This document shows positions 1-10,391 of a stretch of DNA of 64,000 bases, in pieces. This stretch comes from Paramoeba atlantica. Lineage: Eukaryota > Protista > Discosea. The stretch is taken from NCBI GenBank assembly GCA_977017575.1, contig CDRNVI010000030.1, positions 124,001-188,000 of the forward strand, in the 5' to 3' direction. The position numbers were made by a program, and so were the translations under genes. Numbering within the stretch: the stretch's first letter is position 1; each line of letters begins with the position of its first letter. Under the pieces are notes generated by a model. The model searched no databases. It was not told the origin of the DNA and saw nothing but the letters and a program-made list of their open reading frames with translations.

Positions 1-328
1 GCAACGCTTCTACAAAGTATAAGAAACTACAGAAAATAACATGCTGGTCGTATAGACATACCCCTGCCGGGTCGATGGGTAATTACCCATTAGCGGGTCT
101 GTGCGGGTAAATTACCCGGGTCTGTGACCCAGTTACCCGCACCGACCGGGTCATAAAATATTAAAGGCGCAAAGAACACACCCTGGAGTAAGTGGCTTGT
201 AAGTTACAATAGCATCTTTGCTTTTGCGTCTGTGTGTTGTATTTCAAAGTCTCTGCATATTCCACCGCATAATTCCTTCCAACACGGTAATTGCATGTGA
301 TACAATTTACGCAGACTAGGTCGTGTAA

Positions 329-727
329 TCAGTGATATGTATGTTTCCCACAGGCTTTGTATTTCGTGGAGTTGACGAGGCGGAAGATTTGTCGTATTAC
401 ACAGTTTCTGTCATATGCGATTCCGATTGAACCTCTTTGGTTGAACAATTCGAATATTCCTCCAGCCATCTTCTCCAGTATGGTCCCACGTGGGACTGCT
501 TCTGAGGCCCCAGATGTACAAGGGCTTCCAGGGTGAACTTCTTCCAGATTCAACACTCCCTTAACTCTTGTTTTGCTTCCCTTGGGCCGGCCGCGTGGGC
601 GCTTCGGGCCTGGGTTTTCCTCTATACCAGCTCGGATTAATTCAACTTGTAGGGTATGCTTCGTCCAACCAAATTTTCCATTGCGATCGCAAAAGGGAAG
701 GAGACTACGTAAGAAATCGTCTCAAAC
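329..727 (-). pseudogene. TE-derived open frame with a 2A-like motif (LIRAGIEENPGP) followed by an AT-hook (KRPRGRPKGSK)
   Basis: Manual translation upstream of ORF-track entry 329..556 stays open and reads ...HTLQVELIRAGIEENPGPKRPRGRPKGSKTRVKG...; GIEENPGP is at 628-605. No in-frame ATG was seen. Confidence 0.55.
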
Positions 728-1328
728 TTGAGACGATAGCCTCAAACTGAGCAGGGGTCCATGTTGCCAACTCCTGGCATAGCTCTACTCGATTCCTTTT
801 GTGCTCCTTTGTGAGTGCAGGGTTTCGGGGGACTGTGCGTGATATGATACCCTCCTTCTTGAGGGAACGTATCAGAGCGCGACGGGAGCACCTGAAACCC
901 TCTCCTACAAGTAGGTTCAGAAGGTGACCCCAAGAAGCGATACCATAGGTTTCATTCCTTGTTGCTTGATCAATAAGATTGAGTGCTCGCTTCAACAGAG
1001 GGTCAGATATTACAGGAGATTGGCGAGTTTTATAGGGTAAAGTAGCGTACCTGGATAAGTAAGGGGGGGTAACGGTATTACAGGAGATTGGCGAGTTTTA
1101 TAGGGAGACCTATCGACCTCACCAGTCTCTTCTTAACGCTGCACCCAACGCTTGAGTGTCCTCGTGACACCTAAACGTCTTGGCGACAGCTGAAAAAGAA
1201 TTAGTTTCCTCAAATTTTTTAACCAAAAGTATCCTATGAGATGCTTTAAGTTGCCCACGAGGCGAATAACAAAATCTACTCCGTTTCTGCACCTTTTTAT
1301 TATTCGAATATGACCTTTTCTTGGGCAT
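705..1328 (-). mobile_element. Tc1/mariner transposase N-terminal relic, fragmented
   Basis: 1119..1328 looks like an N-terminal HTH. 705..995 contains SRRALIRSLKKEGIISRTVPRNPALTKEHKRNRVELCQE (Tc1 HTH2/linker) and stops at IVSS, just before the expected first catalytic Asp. The junction carries the palindrome atcgtctcaa-ac-ttgagacgat. Confidence 0.7.
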
Positions 1329-2169
1329 GGTAGTGTATTAGGATCAAAAAAGTCTATAAATTCACAAAAAAAAGTATTTAATTCAAAAAACTGCAGAATT
1401 CTGCACTTTGAAAAATCATGATTTTTTTAATTTTTTAAAAAAATTAAAAAATGCGGGAAACGCATTATCACATGACATGTAACTCTGCGAGAGCTCTCGA
1501 ATGCGCTATTATTTTCCAAAATTGGCCGAGTTATAAGAATTTTGACCCCCCCCCCCCCATATTTCGTGCACCCCCCTGTATTTCCAAATACAAGACCTTT
1601 CCGTCGAGATCTTATGGATGTCCCTTGTGCGACTTAGAAAAATGTCCTTTCTAGCATTATCGTTCAATCTTCATCATCTTCGTTCAATCTGACCCCGTTA
1701 ACGACTTCACCCCCGCGAGGTACAAGTCATTCGTCGTCTCCTCGCTGCTGTTGAACGTTGTGATATCGAGCAAGTCCCTCCTCACTGTCCTTGTTCCTCT
1801 ACGGGACGAACTTGCTGTGCAAAAATTCAGTAACGCGGTACACAATCAGCCTTCGAACTTGAAGGACCACGAATCGACAGAAAGCGCAAAAGTTCTTTGA
1901 GATTTATTTTGAGAAGCATTTCGGTCCGTAATACGCACACGTGATGACCCACGGTGTGGTAAGCTTATACAAGCTTGTCTGAAACCCCCCGTGTTCAGTA
2001 CGAGTCTTGAACCACTGAACATGTAAAACTGCGAAGTACGTGAAGCCCTGAGTGGGCGACCAGATTTGGAGCACTCTACAGAGGTGGTTTCTAAAATCTG
2101 TCCGGGAACGGCAATAATGAACATTGAATCGGACAGAGTTCTCAATTAAGAAAGGGCGTTGCAATATAT

Positions 2170-2500
2170 GCGGGGTTACTTTGCTACATTCTACTCCGCC
2201 CCACTCGCACATGGGAGTATCCGTAGTTCAGGAGGGATGCGTATTGTCAATGTCCTATAGAAATTGAGCTAAATAATTTTATTTTTTAGTGGCTTCGTTA
2301 AACGCGGTGGTTGTTTTCAACTTAAAATGCACCACTGCTGCGCGCTTCGCGTTGAACACTACCCCCGCGTTTAACGAAGCGAGTAAAAAGGAAATTTCTT
2401 TTTGTTCCCTTTTTTTGCCATAATCGAGGGTAAAGCGGTAGTTATACAACCACCGCAATATTCCCTAGGGAATTGGGCCCTCGCTAGGATGCTGCGGAGT
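2170..2500 (-). pseudogene. LRR gene N-terminal relic split by a 182-bp hairpin element
   Basis: Removing 2277-2458 gives ARAQFPREYYLAQFL*DIDNTHPS*TTDTPMCEWGGVECSK, matching the N-cap of 58574..59335; two internal stops. Confidence 0.8.
2277..2458 (+). mobile_element. Minimal Helentron/HINE-like non-autonomous element (5' long hairpin, 3' short hairpin)
   Basis: About 40-bp-stem hairpin at 2283-2389; 3' hairpin gcggtagtt-atac-aaccaccgc at 2435-2456; 11-bp subterminal IR GCGGTGGTTGT/ACAACCACCGC. The empty site ctaaataa^tattccc is supported by the paralog at 3943-3957. Confidence 0.7.
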
Positions 2501-3913
2501 GACGGGTCTTAGATCAGGAACATAAAGTATAATTTATGGTCCTGGGATATACATGACATTTTATGTTGCTGGTCTAAGATATCGCAATGTAGTCTGTATC
2601 ACTCACGTTTACTTGTTGATTTCGGGATGACAGGAACCAGGCCTGGCATGACAGAAAAAAATGAAGAAACTCACCCGAAGTACTCATCAGAAAAGATTAA
2701 CCAGGGGGAAATACGCCCGACTTGCTTAGTCTTCCTGCAATGTATCTAGCGCTAGTCTCCATCAATATCCTTAACAGAAATGATTCGTTTATATTTTTTG
2801 TTCGACATAATGTTTTTTTCTTCTGTGTCAACCTGTTGTCTATTTGTGTCTTTGATTCCGGATATCTTCTTCTTTGCTTCCGGATATCTTCGCATATATT
2901 TCACAGAAATGTTGAGAGACCCCATGGGTCCCTGGTCGCGAAAAACAAGGAGGGGTGCCTTATTCTTGTTGAGGGGTTTACACTTGTATTATCCTGAATG
3001 TTGAGTAGCGTACACGAATAGCTTGCTGCCTTCATGCCAGGCTACATGTACATGTATCGTATTCTGTCCCTGTGCTTTGTTGGTTTTGCACCTTCAAGGT
3101 TCGCATCAACGACCCATTTGGCAAATTTGTTTTTATTGTAAATTTACATCGAGATCGGGCCTGTATGTAAGGCATAAATACGCGAATGGTAGACTAGATT
3201 ACCGAAAAAGGAGTTGAAATGTTCAGTGTTGTCTTCTGATCTGTTATTTGTTATATGCCCAGTAACGTTCGTACAGTGGTGCCACAGAAAAAGAAAGAGA
3301 TGGATGCAGCGAAGGTGGCTGCTGAGCTTGGCAAGGAAGGTGAGGAGAACGCAATACTTAAAGAACGTTTGGAAAAACACTCATCAGAGATCGAAACGGT
3401 GGAAGCGAATGTGCAATTACCTGAAAGCGTTTCGGGAAAGAAGTCACGCGAACTCCCTGAAGTGGTAACTTCACAGAAAGCGGAAATCAACCCAGTGGCC
3501 GGCCCCGTGGCCAAAATGCTCGTGTTCCGTTTCAAAAATAAAATTTTCAAGTTTTTTCAGGTTCACTGATTTAACGATCCTTCTACACTGTATGTTAGTA
3601 TTGGCGAAAGAGAGGACGTTGACTTACACTTATTTACGCGAAGCCATTCGGCGGAATTTATAGAAAATAAAAGTTATAAAGCTCAAATTGTGGAACACGA
3701 GGTTGAGAAAAGGTGTAGCGCACTTATAGAGCTCGGGAGGTTATCGATACTGTGTGGACAACACATAAATGAGCGTAATGGGAAAATGAGAGCACGAATG
3801 ATCTTTATCCCAGCCCCCAAAAGATGAACAGACGAAATACAAATAAATAATTTTAGTATACAGGCTGCCCTTCAAAATCTTTAAAAATCTTAGGGAAAAA
3901 AGGGAGATTTGAC

Positions 3914-3995
3914 CGTATTGTCAATGTCGTATAGAAATTGCGCTAAATAATATTCCCCAGTTAGTTTGGCCTTCGCTTTTCCCAAGCGATTACGT
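3914..3995 (-). pseudogene. LRR gene N-terminal fragment
   Basis: Translates RNRLGKAKAKLTGEYYLAQFLYDIDNT, the family N-cap, then breaks off. Confidence 0.75.
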
Positions 3996-4232
3996 TGAGG
4001 TAAAGATTCAGCCATACACAGTACAAGACTGTTCCTTGTGCAAAATAGGTTGAAAAAGAATCGAAACTTTTGAAAATGAAATCATTTATCCGTATATCAC
4101 TGTTGCACTATCCGAGTTTCACAGAATATCTTTTACACTAGTTGTTCATGAAGTAAACTGCAGATATTTGGACAAAATAATCGGAACAAATGGGCTTGCT
4201 TTTAGCGCTTCTAGCAGTGGAATGTTTTTGTT

Positions 4233-5117
4233 TTATGATACAACTAGAATTGCCGTTCCTCCTACGTGGATCCTTCGTCGGTTCGCCAAAACCGATTGAG
4301 GAAGCGCCCCGTAAAGATCTTTGTTGCAGCTTAAGTTGATTCTGGCTAATTTCAGAGGAAGATTATCAAACTCTACTAACCCAGAAAAACAGTTCCGATC
4401 GCAATCCAGAAAGTAGAGCGCGGGAGGTAAATGCTGCAAATCAAGTAGCCCAGAAAAGTTGTTGTGCGATACTCTTATCCAATCTATTCCTAGGGGCAAG
4501 TGCTGTAAATCCAGGGGTCCGGTGAATTCATTATCAGACAAGATAAGAGTTTTCAGATGTTGCGGCAGCCGTGATAAGTCAACATTCCCGGATAGGTTAT
4601 TTTGTGACAGGAGTATGCTTATCAAGCCTGCTGGCAATTGCGTCACATCGACACTTCCTTCGCAAAGGTTTTTAGCCAAATTGAGATATGTCAGTGTATC
4701 GGGAAGACGGGTTAAGCATAACTCACCACTGAATTTGTTGCCTTTTGCCTTGAGTTCAATCATCCGGCTCGGTAGTGCATGGAGCGACAGAGATCCTGTG
4801 AAGTCGTGCTCCGCCACGTTGCAAGATAATATTGTGGGCGGCAGATATTCCCACTGTAGTGAGCCCTTTAGTCTTTTCCTCGTGAAATGTATGTTTTCCA
4901 CCTGCTGATGCTCATTGCATGTAAAACCCAACCAAGAGCACGCGGAGATACGCTCGACACGGCCAAACCAATTTTTCTTTGTCGTACGCCAAGAGTCGTG
5001 CTTTTCTGTTACGTTTGAAAGGAAACGTTCCAGCATATCTTCTTGGGGGAGTAGCAGAGCCGTTACCTTACCACGGCGTAGATCGGAACCGTCGTCTCTA
5101 CCAGACAAACTGAGCAT
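4233..5117 (-). CDS. LRR protein, 294 aa
   Basis: N-cap LPQEDMLERF...CSWLGFTC followed by 22-23-aa repeats LPxxLxxLxLxxNxFxGxxDL; intact, no introns. Confidence 0.92.
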   Translation of the reverse strand: MLSLSGRDDGSDLRRGKVTALLLPQEDMLERFLSNVTEKHDSWRTTKKNWFGRVERISACSWLGFTCNEHQQVENIHFTRKRLKGSLQWEYLPPTILSCNVAEHDFTGSLSLHALPSRMIELKAKGNKFSGELCLTRLPDTLTYLNLAKNLCEGSVDVTQLPAGLISILLSQNNLSGNVDLSRLPQHLKTLILSDNEFTGPLDLQHLPLGIDWIRVSHNNFSGLLDLQHLPPALYFLDCDRNCFSGLVEFDNLPLKLARINLSCNKDLYGALPQSVLANRRRIHVGGTAILVVS

Positions 5118-5499
5118 CGAGTAATCTTTATGAAATCTGAATTCGCATGAAAAAAACGACGTTTTTGAAAGAATAGTGCTTAAAAGGATTTGCGTCGCAA
5201 AATTGAGTCATGTAAGATACAGGGGTCCCACCATGGGATTTTCACCCCTGTATATCACATCGTGTATTTTTTTTTGCGCTCGATAGATCTCGTTCCCGTA
5301 GCGCAGAGTCTTGTCACAATTCCCTTGCACACCTTGGACTCAATTTGTGGGAAATTACTACAAATTACTACAAGACTGCTACAAAAAGAGAATACAATGT
5401 ATAAACAACGAAAAGGATGAAATAAATCACGAAAGAGAAGTAAACGAAAAACATGAAGTGAAGTTTATATCAATTTCAAAAGTCATGCACCTTTTGTAC

Positions 5500-5965
5500 C
5501 CCGCAGTCGAATGACAGTCGTTGTGTGCTGTTGAGCGCGATACTTGATGTTGACATACAGTTCTCTGTTGTTCACAAGATTTAATTCCATTAATTTCTTT
5601 GGTAGGCTGTCCAACTGCACCATCCCTGAAAAATTGTTGTGTGAGCAGTTCAGAAATTCAATACTCGGAGGTAGACGATTCAATTCGAGTGTTCCGGTGA
5701 ATGCGTTGCGCGACAAACCAACCGTAGTAATAAAGGCCGGAAGACAGCTGAGATTAATCTCCCCCGAGAAGCTGTTCCGCGAAACCAGAAAGGAGCCCAT
5801 ATTCTGCCCTAAGCTAGTCAGATCTACACTATCCTCGAAATCGTTGTCATCCAAAGCGAGCTCTAATGTATTTGATAACTGATTTGCCTCGAACTTAATT
5901 CGCCTTCGAACAAAAATTTATTGACTTCAATAATAAAATGTGTAAGGTCAGACGGCAGCATGCGC
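5500..5965 (-). pseudogene. LRR gene C-terminal half, frameshifted
   Basis: LPSDLTHFIIEVNKF then a frameshift into LALDDNDFEDSVDL...LPKKLMELNLVNN; no N-cap. Confidence 0.8.
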
Positions 5966-7117
5966 CACAGTACTACCCCCGGTCACTTCATTATGCGGCA
6001 CCTTAAATTCACGTACTGTGGGTAAAAGATAAGACTAAAAGATAAGACTATTGTGGGTACTAGTACACAGGAATTCATCCTCCTCTTCTCATTAATTTCT
6101 ATAAATGACATTGCCACAGAACTCTGCTGTCTGGATTGTAGTACTATTCTATTATTGAAATACGGGTACCTGTGACATCAATCTTATTTAGTAAATGCGC
6201 GGGAAAATTTGACTTTATCAACTCACCCTCCAAATCTTTGTTCCACTCCAAGTAAAGCCCGTGTAGCGATCCTGGAAGCTGTGGAAACGCCACATGACCG
6301 GAAAATTGATTATTATTTAAGCGCAGCACTTCCAGTCCATCGGCAAGCTTCCCCAATCTCGGTTCACCTGAAAATTGATTGTGCTGCAACAACAGCTGCT
6401 TTATACTTCCAGGGAGCTTTTCTAAACACACAGATCCGGTAAATCGGTTCCGAGATAAAATCAAGGACGCGGTCCTGTTCGGAAGCAGCGTGAAATCAAT
6501 GCCCCCGGAGAGTCTGTTGTTATCTAAATCGAGCACGACAAGGTGAGCCGGCAGCGCTACCAAAGAAATCTCTCCGGAGAAGGCATTGCGGTAGAGATAC
6601 AAACTCTCGATAAACAACGGCAGGGAACCCAAGTCGAGTGTTCCGGTAAAATCATTATTACTTACATCGAGGAATATCAATTTACGGGGTAAGTGATCCA
6701 GCGCCACGGGGCCGCTGAACGCACACGTTTCCACAATCACTGTACAGAGGGAGTCGGGGAGTGACGAGAAGTCGAGCTCTCCGGTGTGATACGATTCTCC
6801 GTTCCAGTCGATGATTTCAACCTCGCCTTGCGCGTTGCATTGGTGAGTCTCTAGATCGCCATTTTTCGTCGCAAAAAAATACTCACAGCGACTCACAGCG
6901 ACTCACAGCGATTCACAGAAACCTACAGGTACTCAAAGTTTTTGCTATTCCTTTGTGACTTTCGGTTTTTGTTTTTCGATTTTTTTGACAGAAATAAAAA
7001 TGGTAAAGCAGATTTATACTCAGTGTTGTAGACCTTGTGTTCTAAAGTCATTTAGTATAGGAATAGAGTTTATCTTCTGCTAAACGTTTTTCTTGAAGTT
7101 TTTCTTAATCATAAGTG

Positions 7118-7909
7118 ATGGCTGAACTTTATGTGCGTTTGCACTGTTTTCACTGCGATAAGGTTACTCAGTTCCGTGCTCGGACTCCTTCCTCTTGCCT
7201 TGATTGCGGCAACGAGCACACTAATGAGGAATGCACCTCACTTGAAATGTGCGGCCATTGCTCCGAGTTTTGCGTGCCTGTTGGCTGCAACATTTGCCCC
7301 TCTTGCAATAAGCCGCAAGATCATCAAACCTTAGGTCCTGAAGTTGTGGCAAAGTGTGCCAAGCGTGGGTTGGACCAAAAGAGAGTCCAGGAAGCATGCT
7401 GTGTCTACGAAGGGTGGACAGTATGCCAACGGAAGTTGACATTCGCACTTGTGGCCCAAGTACTTTGCATTATACAGCGAAGCTTTACTGTGGGAAAGTC
7501 GAAAGTGTATCGCCGTGCGGCAACTTCCGTATCCGAATATTTCCGTCGTGAGCTTCCCTCTGCAGACGTCCCCGTTCTATCAAAGACGATGCGCCGCATT
7601 TGGACAACCTACAAGGGAACTGCTGCCAAGAGTGTTAAGGAGCAAAGGGAAGAACGAATTGCTATGATCCATGATCAGATTGGAGACCTGCTTGAAGGAT
7701 ATACAATCCGTCGTGATCGTTTGTATTTGGCTAAGGATGCCATTTTCAGCGGCGCAGAAACGCCGGATGACCTTTTCTCCGTTCTGTGCTCGTTGAAAAT
7801 CTTGTTGCCGAAAGCCAAAGATGGAGATTTCAAGTTGCTGCATGTTCAGAAGAGCAGAAAGAGAGCTAATTTGGACATTGAAACTGAAGTTGAAGTGATT
7901 ACTCTCTAA
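7118..7909 (+). CDS. Transposon accessory protein with four CxxC pairs (double zinc ribbon) and a helical C-terminus
   Basis: CFHC, CLDC, CGHC and CPSC lie in the first 64 aa; intact ORF inside the TIRs, upstream of the transposase. First ATG at 7118 (the ORF track starts at GTG 7115). Confidence 0.8.
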   Translation: MAELYVRLHCFHCDKVTQFRARTPSSCLDCGNEHTNEECTSLEMCGHCSEFCVPVGCNICPSCNKPQDHQTLGPEVVAKCAKRGLDQKRVQEACCVYEGWTVCQRKLTFALVAQVLCIIQRSFTVGKSKVYRRAATSVSEYFRRELPSADVPVLSKTMRRIWTTYKGTAAKSVKEQREERIAMIHDQIGDLLEGYTIRRDRLYLAKDAIFSGAETPDDLFSVLCSLKILLPKAKDGDFKLLHVQKSRKRANLDIETEVEVITL

Positions 7910-8090
7910 AAAAGGTTGGTTTAAAGGAACAAGGGGATACGAAGTAAGTTTCGATATTTATGGTTGCTCACTTATAAATATTTTGATACAAATTAATTTT
8001 GCGCGTATAAAGCTTAAGTTACAGTTCATTGTAATTGGTACAACTGCATAGTATTATTTATAGCTTTTCTGCCATTGTTTCTCTTTTTTT

Positions 8091-9113
8091 ATGCCCTCAG
8101 AACTCTCTCCTTGTGGACTTACGCACGCTACATACGACTACTTGCGAAAAATTGGTTACGATGAAGAGTTAATTTTTGCCTCATTTTTGTTTCTCCGCAC
8201 AGGGGGGCACTATGACACTGTTGCAGACCACTTAACCGCAAAATTTGGACGCGGTTGGTCTGAAAGCACTTGCAGGGCAAAAATTCCTGAATTTTTTGAA
8301 ACGTTGTACCGTGAGCTACAAGGCAATTGGTTAGTTTTTCGAGACGATATTCTCTTACATGAAGCGAATACAACGGATGACTTTTTTTCTAAGGATATTC
8401 TTCTCGCCCTTGACACCGTTCCAATTTATGTGAGATCCGCGGATAGGTGTTTTCAGCCCAAATATGCAGATCATGTCGTGAAAGCCGCAGTGGGGTGCAC
8501 ATTCTCAGGATATGTGTGTTTCTTCCCCGAAAATCTGTATACCGGTTCCACCCCTGACAACAACATTCTTGAGCACACGAAAATCACAGATATTCTTAAA
8601 ATTCATAAAATAAGGTGCCTCGCCGACGGCGGATTCAAAGGGTGCTCAGAAGTGATCCGTCCTTTTACTAAGACCCAAATATGGCCATTAAAGAGGCTTC
8701 TTGGTCAAACAGAGCAAGATTACGAAGATCAAGCTGACAAAAAACTCGAATTCAATGAGATGGTTGCCCATTACCGGTCGAGGGTAGAGCACCTTTTCAG
8801 TAGTTCAAATGGTGTAGGCCGATGGACAGCCTTTAAACATTGGAACAAAGATCTGAACTGTACTCTATTCTATGCATTTGGTTCTTGCCTTATCGTTCAG
8901 AATGTTGAAATGTTCCTTCGTCATCGAGAAAAGGGTAAGTATAAACCTATTAACGAAGCTGGGAAAGCATTGTTGGTGAAGAAGTTCAAGGAGCACAAGG
9001 CCATGTCATCAAGGTACCCCAATCCTACGACGCGGAGTCCTTGCGCGGAGTTTCAGTCAACTATACCTACGTACTTCTCTCGGAAAAGAAACGTGGAAAA
9101 TAATACTCAGTAG
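8091..9113 (+). CDS. PIF/Harbinger/IS5-like DDE transposase (DDE_Tnp_4-like), 340 aa
   Basis: HTH-like LFLRTGGHYDTVADHL...SESTCR; catalytic motifs LALDTVP, CLADGGF and YRSRVEHLF. Confidence 0.88.
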   Translation: MPSELSPCGLTHATYDYLRKIGYDEELIFASFLFLRTGGHYDTVADHLTAKFGRGWSESTCRAKIPEFFETLYRELQGNWLVFRDDILLHEANTTDDFFSKDILLALDTVPIYVRSADRCFQPKYADHVVKAAVGCTFSGYVCFFPENLYTGSTPDNNILEHTKITDILKIHKIRCLADGGFKGCSEVIRPFTKTQIWPLKRLLGQTEQDYEDQADKKLEFNEMVAHYRSRVEHLFSSSNGVGRWTAFKHWNKDLNCTLFYAFGSCLIVQNVEMFLRHREKGKYKPINEAGKALLVKKFKEHKAMSSRYPNPTTRSPCAEFQSTIPTYFSRKRNVENNTQ

Positions 9114-9825
9114 CTATAAATAAATAAATAAAGCTTATTTCTCGACATCATACTGCATATTCATTTAACAACATTCCATTACCGCTTCTTTTCATTACCG
9201 TTCTTTTTGGGGTGCAGTCAGTTTGCTATTTCAATTGCACTTTGTTTAAATTGCTTTTGGACCAAACCTTTTGTTACTTTTACTGTTTCGAAAGCATGGA
9301 TATGCTAACCTCCTTAACCACCGATCTTTTGGGTGCCTCTTCTCGTCTTTCAGGCTCTTCCGAGGGAAAAAAATACCCACAGCTACTCACAGATACTCAC
9401 AGCAGCCCACAGCGACTCACAGAAATTTACAGAAACTCACACGTACCTACAGATACTAACTACATACTCACCATTGTATCCCGGACCACTCACACGCGGG
9501 GGTCTCGGCGCTCCACGAGGGTTTCTTTGCATTCACGTGTTGAACAAAATGAGAAAGGGTAAACTCCTGGGGAAGATTGGCTCTGCTCACCTTTGCGGCA
9601 CCCGAGGTTGAGGAGGGGTCATGAAATACGAACCCGACGGCAAGCATAGGATGAAGAGCAGTGATGAAAGGAATCGTATTTCGTTTGTATCTCAAGATAG
9701 TATCTCAAGACTATCAGGCATAGAAGGGATGGTACGAAAATATAGGGGGCGTCAAAATTTGTAAAACTCGTCCAATTTTGGAAAATAGCACCGCATTCGA
9801 GAGCTCTCATAGAGTAACGTGTCAA

Positions 9826-10092
9826 GGTGGTCCTACCCCTACTGGTAAGGCTTCAAAATCATCAATTTCGGACTTTTGGCATCAAAAATCGGGCATATTC
9901 ACCCCCCCCCCCCAACAACATATTGTATCCATGATCTTTCGGCGATTTTCTTTTTTAGTCGCTTCGTTAAACGCGGAGGTATTTTTCGGCGAGGTAGTTC
10001 TTCTTCAGGTAGATCTTCTTCGACGCGCAGCGCGCAGCATAAGTGACTTTTAAGTTTAAAACAACCACCGCGTTTAACGAAGTGATGAAAAA
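9826..10092 (-). mobile_element. HINE-like family, 5' part with long hairpin
   Basis: gcttcgttaaacgcgg...ccgcgtttaacgaag hairpin at about 9950-10092 with an enlarged loop; the interior resembles the 28550 copy. Confidence 0.65.
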
Positions 10093-10391
10093 GCAAAATA
10101 GGGGTAACCCATAGCGTTATAACCCAAGTTGCATTAACTACATCATGTACTTAAACTACGTAATCTAATGAACTAAGTTTATGCAATGTCGTGTCTAGCT
10201 GTTGAGAGGAAAAATTGAAGTCCAAGGTATGTTTACTATTGGGGGTACTTTGGTAGACGGGGCAAGATATTTCAGGGGGGTATCGGTAAACCTAAGAAAG
10301 GGTTCTACAAAATGTACAGCTTTGACCATTTTCGGAAAATAAGAACGCATTTCAGAGCTTCTATAAAAAATAAGAGATAGGATTTTTTTTA

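Larger units (their letters stand above)
6842..9472 (+). mobile_element. Complete two-ORF PIF/Harbinger (PHIS)-type DNA transposon, 2631 bp
   Basis: TIR GGTGAGT...ACTCACC; ATT duplicated at 6839-6841 and 9473-9475 (formally also readable as a 5-bp CATTG); ACTCACAG subterminal arrays; two intact ORFs. Confidence 0.9.
6144..9647 (-). pseudogene. LRR gene split by the Harbinger-like element (parts 9647-9473 and 6838-6144)
   Basis: Removing 6842-9472 and one ATT copy rejoins ...ETPACEWSGIQ-CNAQGEVEIIDW... in frame with no other lesion. Confidence 0.92.

Noticed and set aside
2722-3569. Short ORFs at 2722-3569, 23958-24305, 30719-31369 and 44701-45246 as genes
   Set aside because: No recognisable motifs and they sit among decayed TE sequence; they cannot be supported without a search.
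2240-3951. 38-bp direct repeat (2240-2277 and 3914-3951) as a giant target-site duplication
   Set aside because: Each copy continues into its own LRR N-cap sequence, so they are paralogous gene fragments.
4459-4908. Plus-strand ORFs antisense to LRR genes (also 5544, 19267, 29728, 58860, 63438 and others)
   Set aside because: Antisense shadows with no independent motifs.
6842-9472. GGTGAGT termini (5' splice-site consensus) and a TACTAAC near the right end, suggesting an introner
   Set aside because: The donor is in phase 2 and the nearest AG acceptors give a stop or frameshift; the ATT duplication supplies no AG, and TACTAAC is on the opposite strand to the host gene.
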